DNA of 64,000 nt, taken from Auanema rhodensis. Its lineage: Eukaryota > Animalia > Nematoda. The position numbers and the translations under genes are program-made. The notes below the pieces were generated by a model. That model did not search any database. It was not told the origin of the DNA and saw only the letters and a program-made list of their open reading frames with translations. Numbering within the stretch: the first letter of the stretch is position 1; every line of letters starts with the position of its first letter. The stretch covers positions 9,114,001 through 9,178,000 of the forward strand of contig OZ059900.1 in assembly GCA_964057225.1 (NCBI GenBank), in the 5' to 3' direction. This document shows, piece after piece, positions 42,601-54,614 of this stretch.

Positions 42601-45600
42601 TGAAAATTTTCGAAACAATACAATTAAATACTGAAGATGATCAGAGAGAAGGAAATATCTATAGAGAATCACAAGTAAAAGTAAAAACTATTGATAATTC
42701 CATATTGATTTTCAAAACAACATGTATAGGGAAAAGATGATATCGATTGAAATTCCAACAAAAATGAAAATTTTCGAAACAATACAATTAAATACTGAAG
42801 ATGATCAGAGAGAAGGAAATATCTATAGAGAATCACAAGTAAAAGTAAAAACTATTGATAATTCCATATTGATTTTCAAAACAACATGTATAGGGAAAAG
42901 ATGATATCGATTGAAATTCCAACAAAAATGAAAATTTTCGAAACAATACAATTAAATACTGAAGATGATCAGAGAGAAGGAAATATCTATAGAGAATCAC
43001 AAGTAAAAGTAAAAACTATTGATAATTCCATATTGATTTTCAAAACAACATGTATAGGGAAAAGATGATATCGATTGAAATTCCAACAAAAATGAAAATT
43101 TTCGAAACAATACAATTAAATACTGAAGATGATCAGAGAGAAGGAAATATCTATAGAGAATCACAAGTAAAAGTAAAAACTATTGATAATTCCATATTGA
43201 TTTTCAAAACAACATGTATAGGGAAAAGATGATATCGATTGAAATTCCAACAAAAATGAAAATTTTCGAAACAATACAATTAAATACTGAAGATGATCAG
43301 AGAGAAGGAAATATCTATAGAGAATCACAAGTAAAAGTAAAAACTATTGATAATTCCATATTGATTTTCAAAACAACATGTATAGGGAAAAGATGATATC
43401 GATTGAAATTCCAACAAAAATGAAAATTTTCGAAACAATACAATTAAATACTGAAGATGATCAGAGAGAAGGAAATATCTATAGAGAATCACAAGTAAAA
43501 GTAAAAACTATTGATAATTCCATATTGATTTTCAAAACAACATGTATAGGGAAAAGATGATATCGATTGAAATTCCAACAAAAATGAAAATTTTCGAAAC
43601 AATACAATTAAATACTGAAGATGATCAGAGAGAAGGAAATATCTATAGAGAATCACAAGTAAAAGTAAAAACTATTGATAATTCCATATTGATTTTCAAA
43701 ACAACATGTATAGGGAAAAGATGATATCGATTGAAATTCCAACAAAAATGAAAATTTTCGAAACAATACAATTAAATACTGAAGATGATCAGAGAGAAGG
43801 AAATATCTATAGAGAATCACAAGTAAAAGTAAAAACTATTGATAATTCCATATTGATTTTCAAAACAACATGTATAGGGAAAAGATGATATCGATTGAAA
43901 TTCCAACAAAAATGAAAATTTTCGAAACAATACAATTAAATACTGAAGATGATCAGAGAGAAGGAAATATCTATAGAGAATCACAAGTAAAAGTAAAAAC
44001 TATTGATAATTCCATATTGATTTTCAAAACAACATGTATAGGGAAAAGATGATATCGATTGAAATTCCAACAAAAATGAAAATTTTCGAAACAATACAAT
44101 TAAATACTGAAGATGATCAGAGAGAAGGAAATATCTATAGAGAATCACAAGTAAAAGTAAAAACTATTGATAATTCCATATTGATTTTCAAAACAACATG
44201 TATAGGGAAAAGATGATATCGATTGAAATTCCAACAAAAATGAAAATTTTCGAAACAATACAATTAAATACTGAAGATGATCAGAGAGAAGGAAATATCT
44301 ATAGAGAATCACAAGTAAAAGTAAAAACTATTGATAATTCCATATTGATTTTCAAAACAACATGTATAGGGAAAATATGATATCGATTGAAATTCCAACA
44401 AAAATGAAAATTTTCGAAACAATACAATTAAATACTGAAGATGATCAGAGAGAAGGAAATATCTATAGAGAATCACAAGTAAAAGTAAAAACTATTGATA
44501 ATTCCATATTGATTTTCAAAACAACATGTATAGGGAAAAGATGATATCGATTGAAATTCCAACAAAAATGAAAATTTTCGAAACAATACAATTAAATACT
44601 GAAGATGATCAGAGAGAAGGAAATATCTATAGAGAATCACAAGTAAAAGTAAAAACTATTGATAATTCCATATTGATTTTCAAAACAACATGTATAGGGA
44701 AAAGATGATATCGATTGAAATTCCAACAAAAATGAAAATTTTCGAAACAATACAATTAAATACTGAAGATGATCAGAGAGAAGGAAATATCTATAGAGAA
44801 TCACAAGTAAAAGTAAAAACTATTGATAATTCCATATTGATTTTCAAAACAACATGTATAGGGAAAAGATGATATCGATTGAAATTCCAACAAAAATGAA
44901 AATTTTCGAAACAATACAATTAAATACTGAAGATGATCAGAGAGAAGGAAATATCTATAGAGAATCACAAGTAAAAGTAAAAACTATTGATAATTCCATA
45001 TTGATTTTCAAAACAACATGTATAGGGAAAAGATGATATCGATTGAAATTCCAACAAAAATGAAAATTTTCGAAACAATACAATTAAATACTGAAGATGA
45101 TCAGAGAGAAGGAAATATCTATAGAGAATCACAAGTAAAAGTAAAAACTATTGATAATTCCATATTGATTTTCAAAACAACATGTATAGGGAAAAGATGA
45201 TATCGATTGAAATTCCAACAAAAATGAAAATTTTCGAAACAATACAATTAAATACTGAAGATGATCAGAGAGAAGGAAATATCTATAGAGAATCACAAGT
45301 AAAAGTAAAAACTATTGATAATTCCATATTGATTTTCAAAACAACATGTATAGGGAAAAGATGATATCGATTGAAATTCCAACAAAAATGAAAATTTTCG
45401 AAACAATACAATTAAATACTGAAGATGATCAGAGAGAAGGAAATATCTATAGAGAATCACAAGTAAAAGTAAAAACTATTGATAATTCCATATTGATTTT
45501 CAAAACAACATGTATAGGGAAAATATGATATCGATTGAAATTCCAACAAAAATGAAAATTTTCGAAACAATACAATTAAATACTGAAGATGATCAGAGAG

Positions 45601-48600
45601 AAGGAAATATCTATAGAGAATCACAAGTAAAAGTAAAAACTATTGATAATTCCATATTGATTTTCAAAACAACATGTATAGGGAAAAGATGATATCGATT
45701 GAAATTCCAACAAAAATGAAAATTTTCGAAACAATACAATTAAATACTGAAGATGATCAGAGAGAAGGAAATATCTATAGAGAATCACAAGTAAAAGTAA
45801 AAACTATTGATAATTCCATATTGATTTTCAAAACAACAGGTATAGGAAAAATATGATATCGATTGAAATTCCAACAAAAATGAAAATTTTCGAAACAATA
45901 CAATTAAATACTGAAGATGATCAGAGAGAAGGAAATATCTATAGAGAATCACAAGTAAAAGTAAAAACTATTGATAATTCCATATTGATTTTCAAAACAA
46001 CAGGTATAGGAAAAATATGATATCGATTGAAATTCCAACAAAAATGAAAATTTTCGAAACAATACAATTAAATACTGAAGATGATCAGAGAGAAGGAAAT
46101 ATCTATAGAGAATCACAAGTAAAAGTAAAAACTATTGATAATTCCATATTGATTTTCAAAACAACATGTATAGGGAAAAGATGATATCGATTGAAATTCC
46201 AACAAAAATGAAAATTTTCGAAACAATACAATTAAATACTGAAGATGATCAGAGAGAAGGAAATATCTATAGAGAATCACAAGTAAAAGTAAAAACTATT
46301 GATAATTCCATATTGATTTTCAAAACAACATGTATAGGGAAAAGATGATATCGATTGAAATTCCAACAAAAATGAAAATTTTCGAAACAATACAATTAAA
46401 TACTGAAGATGATCAGAGAGAAGGAAATATCTATAGAGAATCACAAGTAAAAGTAAAAACTATTGATAATTCCATATTGATTTTCAAAACAACATGTATA
46501 GGGAAAAGATGATATCGATTGAAATTCCAACAAAAATGAAAATTTTCGAAACAATACAATTAAATACTGAAGATGATCAGAGAGAAGGAAATATCTATAG
46601 AGAATCACAAGTAAAAGTAAAAACTATTGATAATTCCATATTGATTTTCAAAACAACAGGTATAGGAAAAATATGATATCGATTGAAATTCCAACAAAAA
46701 TGAAAATTTTCGAAACAATACAATTAAATACTGAAGATGATCAGAGAGAAGGAAATATCTATAGAGAATCACAAGTAAAAGTAAAAACTATTGATAATTC
46801 CATATTGATTTTCAAAACAACAGGTATAGGAAAAATATGATATCGATTGAAATTCCAACAAAAATGAAAATTTTCGAAACAATACAATTAAATACTGAAG
46901 ATGATCAGAGAGAAGCAAATATCTATAGAGAATCACAAGTAAAAGTAAAAACTATTGATAATTCCATATTGATTTTCAAAACAACAGGTATAGGGAAAAG
47001 ATGATATCGATTGAAATTCCAACAAAAATAAAAAGTTTCGAAACAATACAATTAAATACTGAAGATGATCAGAGAGAAGCAAATATCTATAGAGAATCAC
47101 AAGTAAAAGTAAAAACTATTGATAATTCCATATTGATTTTCAAAACAACAGGTATAGGAAAAATATGATATCGATTGAAATTCCAACAAAAATGAAAATT
47201 TTCGAAACAATACAATTAAATACTGAAGATGATCAGAGAGAAGGAAATATCTATAGAGAATCACAAGTAAAAGTAAGAACTATAGACAATTCCATATTGA
47301 TTTTCAAAACAACATGTATAGGAAAAATATGATATCGATTGAAATTCCAACAAAAATGAAAATTTTCGAAACAATACAATTAAATACTGAAGATGATCAG
47401 AGAGAAGGAAATATCTATAGAGAATCACAAGTAAAAGTAAGAACTATAGACAATTCCATATTGATTATCAAAACAACATGTATAAGAAAAATATGATATC
47501 GATTGAAATTCCAACAAAAATGAAAATTTTCGAAACAATACAATTAAATACTGAAGATGATCAGAGAGAAAGAAATATCTATAGAGAATCACAAGTAAAA
47601 GTAAGAACTATAGACAATTCCATATTGATTTTCAAAACAACAGGTATAGGAAAAATATGATATCGATTGAAATTCCAACAAAAATGAAAATTTTCGAAAC
47701 AATACAATTAAATACTGAAGATGATCAGAGAGAAAGAAATATCTATAGAGAATCACAAGTAAAAGTAAGAACTATAGACAATTCCATATTGATTTTCAAA
47801 ACAACAGGTATAGGAAAAATATGATATCGATTGAAATTCCAACAAAAATGAAAATTTTCGAAACAATACAATTAAATACTGAAGATGATCAGAGAGAAGC
47901 AAATATCTATAGAGAATCACAAGTAAAAGTAAAAACTATTGATAATTCCATATTGATTTTCAAAACAACAGGTATAGGAAAAATATGATATCGATTGAAA
48001 TTCCAACAAAAATGAAAATTTTCGAAACAATTCAATTAAATACTGAAGATGATCAGAGAGAAGGAAATATCTATAGAGAATCACAAGTAAAAGTAAAAAC
48101 TATTGATAATTCCATATTGATTTTCAAAACAACAGGTATAGGGAAAATATGATATCGATTGAAATTTCAAGAGAAATAAAAAGTTTCGAAACAATACAAT
48201 TAAATACTGAAGATGATCAGAGAGAAAGAAATATCTATAGAGAATCACAAGTAAAAGTAAGAACTATAGACAATTCCATATTGATTATCAAAACAACATG
48301 TATAGGAAAAATATGATATCGATTGAAATTCCAACAAAAATGAAAATTTTCGAAACAATACAAATAAATACTGAAGATGATCAGAGAGAAGGAAATATCT
48401 ATAGAGAATCACAAGTAAAAGTAAAAACTATTGATAATTCCATATTGATTTTCAAAACAACAGGTATAGGGAAAATATGATATCGATTGAAATTTCAAGA
48501 GAAATAAAAAGTTTCGAAACAATTCAAATAAATACTGAAGATGATCAGAGAGAAGGAAATATCTATAGAGAATCACAGGTAAAAGTAAAAACTATAGACA

Positions 48601-51600
48601 ATTCCATATTGATTTTCAAAACAACAGGTATAGGAAAAATATGATATCGATTGAAATTCCAACAAAAATGAAAATTTTCGAAACAATATAATTAAATACT
48701 GAAGATGATCAGAGAGAAGGAAATATCTATAAAGAATCACAAGTAAAAGTAAAAACTATTGATAATTCCATATTGATTTTCAAAACAACAGGTATAGGAA
48801 AAATATGATATCGATTGAAATTCCAACAAAAATGAAAATTTTCGAAACAATATAATTAAATACTGAAGATGATCAGAGAGAAGGAAATATCTATAGAGAA
48901 TCACAGGTAAAAGTAAAAACTATAGACAATTCCATATTGATTTTCAAAACAACAGGTATAGGAAAAATATGATATCGATTGAAATTCCAACAAAAATGAA
49001 AATTTTCGAAACAATACAAATAAATACTGAAGATGATCAGAGAGAAGGAAATATCTATAGAGAATCACAAGTAAAAGTAAAAACTATTGATAATTCCATA
49101 TTGATTTTCAAAACAACAGGTATAGGAAAAATATGATATCGATTGAAATTCCAACAAAAATGAAAATTTTCGAAACAATATAATTAAATACTGAAGATGA
49201 TCAGAGAGAAGGAAATATCTATAGAGAATCACAGGTAAAAGTAAAAACTATAGACAATTCCATATTGATTTTCAAAACAACATGTATAGGGAAAATATGA
49301 TATCGATTGAAATTCCAACAAAAATGAAAATTTTCGAAACAATACAAATAAATACTGAAGATGATCAGAGAGAAGGAAATATCTATAGAGAATCACAAGT
49401 AAAAGTAAAAACTATTGATAATTCCATATTGATTTTCAAAACAACATGTATAGGGAAAAGATGATATCGATTGAAATTCCAACAAAAATGAAAATTTTCG
49501 AAACAATACAATTAAATACTGAAGATGATCAGAGAGAAGGAAATATCTATAGAGAATCACAAGTAAAAGTAAAAACTATTGATAATTCCATATTGATTTT
49601 CAAAACAACAGGTATAGGAAAAATATGATATCGATTGAAATTCCAACAAAAATGAAAATTTTCGAAACAATACAATTAAATACTGAAGATGATCAGAGAG
49701 AAGCAAATATCTATAGAGAATCACAAGTAAAAGTAAAAACTATTGATAATTCCATATTGATTTTCAAAACAACAGGTATAGGGAAAAGATGATATCGATT
49801 GAAATTCCAACAAAAATAAAAAGTTTCGAAACAATACAATTAAATACTGAAGATGATCAGAGAGAAGCAAATATCTATAGAGAATCACAAGTAAAAGTAA
49901 AAACTATTGATAATTCCATATTGATTTTCAAAACAACAGGTATAGGAAAAATATGATATCGATTGAAATTCCAACAAAAATGAAAATTTTCGAAACAATA
50001 CAATTAAATACTGAAGATGATCAGAGAGAAGGAAATATCTATAGAGAATCACAAGTAAAAGTAAGAACTATAGACAATTCCATATTGATTTTCAAAACAA
50101 CATGTATAGGAAAAATATGATATCGATTGAAATTCCAACAAAAATGAAAATTTTCGAAACAATACAATTAAATACTGAAGATGATCAGAGAGAAGGAAAT
50201 ATCTATAGAGAATCACAAGTAAAAGTAAGAACTATAGACAATTCCATATTGATTATCAAAACAACATGTATAAGAAAAATATGATATCGATTGAAATTCC
50301 AACAAAAATGAAAATTTTCGAAACAATACAATTAAATACTGAAGATGATCAGAGAGAAAGAAATATCTATAGAGAATCACAAGTAAAAGTAAGAACTATA
50401 GACAATTCCATATTGATTTTCAAAACAACAGGTATAGGAAAAATATGATATCGATTGAAATTCCAACAAAAATGAAAATTTTCGAAACAATACAATTAAA
50501 TACTGAAGATGATCAGAGAGAAAGAAATATCTATAGAGAATCACAAGTAAAAGTAAGAACTATAGACAATTCCATATTGATTATCAAAACAACATGTATA
50601 GGAAAAATATGATATCGATTGAAATTCCAACAAAAATGAAAATTTTCGAAACAATACAAATAAATACTGAAGATGATCAGAGAGAAGGAAATATCTATAG
50701 AGAATCACAAGTAAAAGTAAAAACTATTGATAATTCCATATTGATTTTCAAAACAACAGGTATAGGGAAAATATGATATCGATTGAAATTTCAAGAGAAA
50801 TAAAAAGTTTCGAAACAATTCAAATAAATACTGAAGATGATCAGAGAGAAGGAAATATCTATAGAGAATCACAGGTAAAAGTAAAAACTATAGACAATTC
50901 CATATTGATTTTCAAAACAACAGGTATAGGAAAAATATGATATCGATTGAAATTCCAACAAAAATGAAAATTTTCGAAACAATATAATTAAATACTGAAG
51001 ATGATCAGAGAGAAGGAAATATCTATAAAGAATCACAAGTAAAAGTAAAAACTATTGATAATTCCATATTGATTTTCAAAACAACAGGTATAGGAAAAAT
51101 ATGATATCGATTGAAATTCCAACAAAAATGAAAATTTTCGAAACAATATAATTAAATACTGAAGATGATCAGAGAGAAGGAAATATCTATAGAGAATCAC
51201 AGGTAAAAGTAAAAACTATAGACAATTCCATATTGATTTTCAAAACAACAGGTATAGGAAAAATATGATATCGATTGAAATTCCAACAAAAATGAAAATT
51301 TTCGAAACAATACAAATAAATACTGAAGATGATCAGAGAGAAGGAAATATCTATAGAGAATCACAAGTAAAAGTAAAAACTATTGATAATTCCATATTGA
51401 TTTTCAAAACAACAGGTATAGGAAAAATATGATATCGATTGAAATTCCAACAAAAATGAAAATTTTCGAAACAATATAATTAAATACTGAAGATGATCAG
51501 AGAGAAGGAAATATCTATAGAGAATCACAGGTAAAAGTAAAAACTATAGACAATTCCATATTGATTTTCAAAACAACATGTATAGGGAAAATATGATATC

Positions 51601-52106
51601 GATTGAAATTCCAACAAAAATGAAAATTTTCGAAACAATACAAATAAATACTGAAGATGATCAGAGAGAAGGAAATATCTATAGAGAATCACAAGTAAAA
51701 GTAAAAACTATTGATAATTCCATATTGATTTTCAAAACAACAGGTATAGGAAAAATATGATATCGATTGAAATTCCAACAAAAATAAAAAGTTTCGAAAC
51801 AATACAATTAAATACTGAAGATGATCAGAGAGAAGGAAATATCTATAGAGAATCACAAGTAAAAGTAAAAACTATAGACAATTCCATATTGATTTTCAAA
51901 ACAACATGTATAGGGAAAAGATGATATCGATTGAAATTCCAACAAAAATGAAAATTTTCGAAACAATACAATTAAATACTGAAGATGATCAGAGAGAAGG
52001 AAATATCTATATAGAATCACAAGTAAAAGTAAAAACTATAGACAATTCCATATTGATTATCAAAACAACATGTATAGGGAAAAGATGATATCGATGGAAA
52101 TTTCAA
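30631..52106 (+). repeat. 164-bp tandem satellite, array 2 (~131 units, A-rich on +)
   Basis: Same monomer as array 1, inverted. Register is unbroken from 30750 to 51906 (129 x 164). Confidence 0.99.
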
Positions 52107-52152
52107 AAATATATCTTATTCAAAGTTATTTTCAAGTCTTTGGTCGACTTAC

Positions 52153-53070
52153 CTTTTCAGCATACCATCATCAAATTCTTCCCATATCTCTAGTGCTTCA
52201 GATAGCTCTTCTTTGTTGTTATTCTGAAGACTCACAATCCTAACCATAGTCATAACCTTGTTCTGTTTTTCTGTTCGTGACAATTGGCAACAGTTTCCTA
52301 TTTTCATCCCTTCTTTACTCCTTTGTTACTTCGTTTCATATCTTATAGACATGAGTCATACGGATTGAACGCAAGTTATCTCCTATTGTTAGAACGGGCT
52401 CGGCTCAACTTATGAGTACCTCCGTACCTAACAACTACCAATAGGAGATCAGCTTTTATGCTGAACAAACCCCCTGTTTTCTGAAAAAAAAAGGAACTGC
52501 TTACAAATATTCACTCTCAGATTAACTTATTATTTTTATCCACCCTTCATTTTTTTTCAATGTTCTTATTGTATGGCTCTTACTCATGTAACTTCTCATT
52601 TGTACTAATACCGTTTAGCCTGTAATACTGAACAATAAACCAATAAATAAACAAAAATTAATTACTCTCATTTAGTAAATAGTTCATTACTCACACCTTT
52701 AGTAGTTCGTTGATTCTTTCTCCTCGTTAAACATGATAAAATATCTGGTTAGTGAACACATCTTTCACTGTTCGAAGAGATTCACCAATTCCGTTAAATT
52801 GATTTTGTAGTAAAACCTGCAAATAATTAATAATCTAGTGTATCAAACAGAATAGACTTACCAGTTCTTTCTGTTCACTTTTACACTTTCTATGGAGAAG
52901 TAGCGATGCGAAAAGCATCCTATATCTTAGAAGAAAATATTGAACTTTGTTTGAAAAACAATTCTGCGACGTAAATCGTTCTCAGATGATACACTTTGTT
53001 CTTTCATACCTGTTTGCTAGCACCTTCGAGAAGTTTCGAGTGTGACCAAACTCGTCGAGTTCTAGAACTT
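52153..53070 (-). pseudogene. Degenerate spliced gene or non-coding transcript, product unknown
   Basis: Minus-strand donors near 53071, 52861, 52693 and 52152, and acceptors near 52817 (TTTGCAG) and 52481 (TTTTCAG). Protein-like segments (VLLQNQFNGIGESLRTVKDVFTNQIFYHV*RGERINELLK; NNNKEELSEALEIWEEFDDGMLK) are broken by stops. Confidence 0.35.
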
Positions 53071-53199
53071 ACAGATTAACAACTATCTCTTTATCCCTCA
53101 GTTCACTCAATTTGTGATACCTTCACCCTGGCAATTTCTCTTTCTCTATGTGTGACCTTCTCTTCTCTTCCTCACTCTGACCGAGCACAGTCATATATT

Positions 53200-53290
53200 T
53201 GCCCCACTTGAACTAGACGCACGCGACGCAACACGCAAACGCGTTGTGCTAGAGTGGAAGGCAGAGACGCAGAGCAGGGCGAAAAGCTGC
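53200..53290. promoter_or_regulatory. Probable bidirectional promoter, GC-richer patch with GACGCA repeats and GAGACGCAGA
   Basis: GACGCA occurs three times and ACGCA once more within 53216-53271. GAGACGCAGA (TCTGCGTCTC) at 53264-53273 is a known recurrent nematode promoter motif. It lies between two divergent spliced units. Confidence 0.45.
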
Positions 53291-53859
53291 CAACATCGCA
53301 TTCTTCCATTAACTTTTTGAATAGAAATATTCTAAATTGGCATTTTAAACCTTTTAAAAGTATTCCAAAAAGTGTCGTTAATGCAGTAAAAAAAAGGAGT
53401 TCTGTAATAAAAGGGACGCTTAGTTTTTGTTTTGATTTTTTCTCTCCTTTTCTTTCCATAAGAATTGAAAACGTAATGCTGGTCAATAAATTTATTGTGT
53501 TAATTCATAAATCAACTAGCGCAACTTAAAAACTTTAAGCAAGGCAGATCATTCTTTAAAAAGCTTGTGTTCAAACACTAGCTTCGTAGAGAGAAATTCT
53601 TAGACTTCCCTTTTTTCTGTAGCTCGCGCTGATCTTTGTTAGATATTCACTTTGTTTTTTATTTCAGAATGATCCGGTTATGTCGTGGTTATCAGCTAGC
53701 AACCACTATCAGCAATCTAAGAATGGTAAGCTGTTTTGATAGTAAAAAAGGCTTCTAATAAACAAATTTACGAAATGTTTTTATGATCATCACGTAATTC
53801 ACATAGATAACTCAATTTAATTTTTGGTACATAGCAAGCATCTCATTTACACCGTGGAC

Positions 53860-54580
53860 ATGTTAATAAACAGAGCCACGGGATACTTAAAGGAAAACGA
53901 TACTGCTCAAGCCTCCGAAAAGTCATTCCAAGTATGTATTTTTTCAATTTTATTTTTAATGTAATTCAATGCATTGAAAGTTATAGCACTTTTTGCTTAA
54001 GCCTTCTAATCTTTATTGGATTGTTTCTAGGCCTCAAAACTGGTTCTGATGGAATACGTCCGAAGGCTTGAAGTAACGACTGACGTCGAAATTGTGCCAC
54101 ATCACCTCGACAACCCTTGGAGTTATAAGTCCTTGAACAAGCTTTGCCGTCTACTCGCCAAGAAGTGCGATCAAGATGTGGCTAACGCTATTGTGGCAGG
54201 ATGGAAATCAGCGTACGAGTAAGATATAATTACTGATTTGGAGATTTTTACTTGTTTTTTAGATTCCACATCAAAGGTTGGACGCAAAACGACCTGTCGG
54301 TGGAGGATGTCACTTTTGCACTGCCTTTCGTTCTTCGGTAAAGTGAAGAGCTGTTTATTTGAATTATTATTTTTTTAGATTCATTCATATCGTCGATAAA
54401 GAGCTGATGGTCAATCTCGAAATGGCGACATACGTCAAAGAGAATCTTTTCATCTTCAACAACGAAGAAATCGCGACAGATATATACAAGGTTATTATTA
54501 AAACAAAATATAATAGTTTATAATTTATATATTTATAGGAGGCGAATCTGGAAGGGTCACTCAGCTCTTGCAAAACTTAA
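53860..54580 (+). CDS. PaREP1-family / HEPN-like domain protein, spliced (>=162 aa)
   Basis: Exons 53860-53931, 54031-54218, 54263-54337, 54379-54490 and 54539-54580. GT-AG introns of 99, 44, 41 and 48 nt, all phase-consistent. Protein: MLINRATGYLKENDTAQASEKSFQASKLVLMEYVRRLEV...PWSYKSLNKLCRLLAKK...AIVAGWKSAYEFHIKGWTQNDLSVEDVTFALPFVLRFIHIV... It matches remembered PaREP1 motifs (L..gD..QASEK...A; WS...L......L; W..A..LH..gf....l..edV). An upstream exon 53669-53725 (TTTCAG-A-ATG) may extend the N-terminus. Confidence 0.8.
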
Positions 54581-54614
54581 AAATCAGAAGAGAGCTGGTA
54601 AATTTTATTTAAAA

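Noticed and set aside
14967-52088. About 100 near-identical 60-aa ORFs (MYREN/KMISIEIPTK...)
   Set aside because: They are a by-product of the 164-bp period. The ORFs overlap each other, appear or vanish with single satellite variants, are absent from most outer-subtype units, and show no recognisable domain or gene structure.
53172-54573. ORFs 53172-53486, 53254-53529 and 54385-54573
   Set aside because: The first two overlap each other on opposite strands in the presumed promoter and have no recognisable motifs. The third is antisense to exons of the HEPN-like gene.
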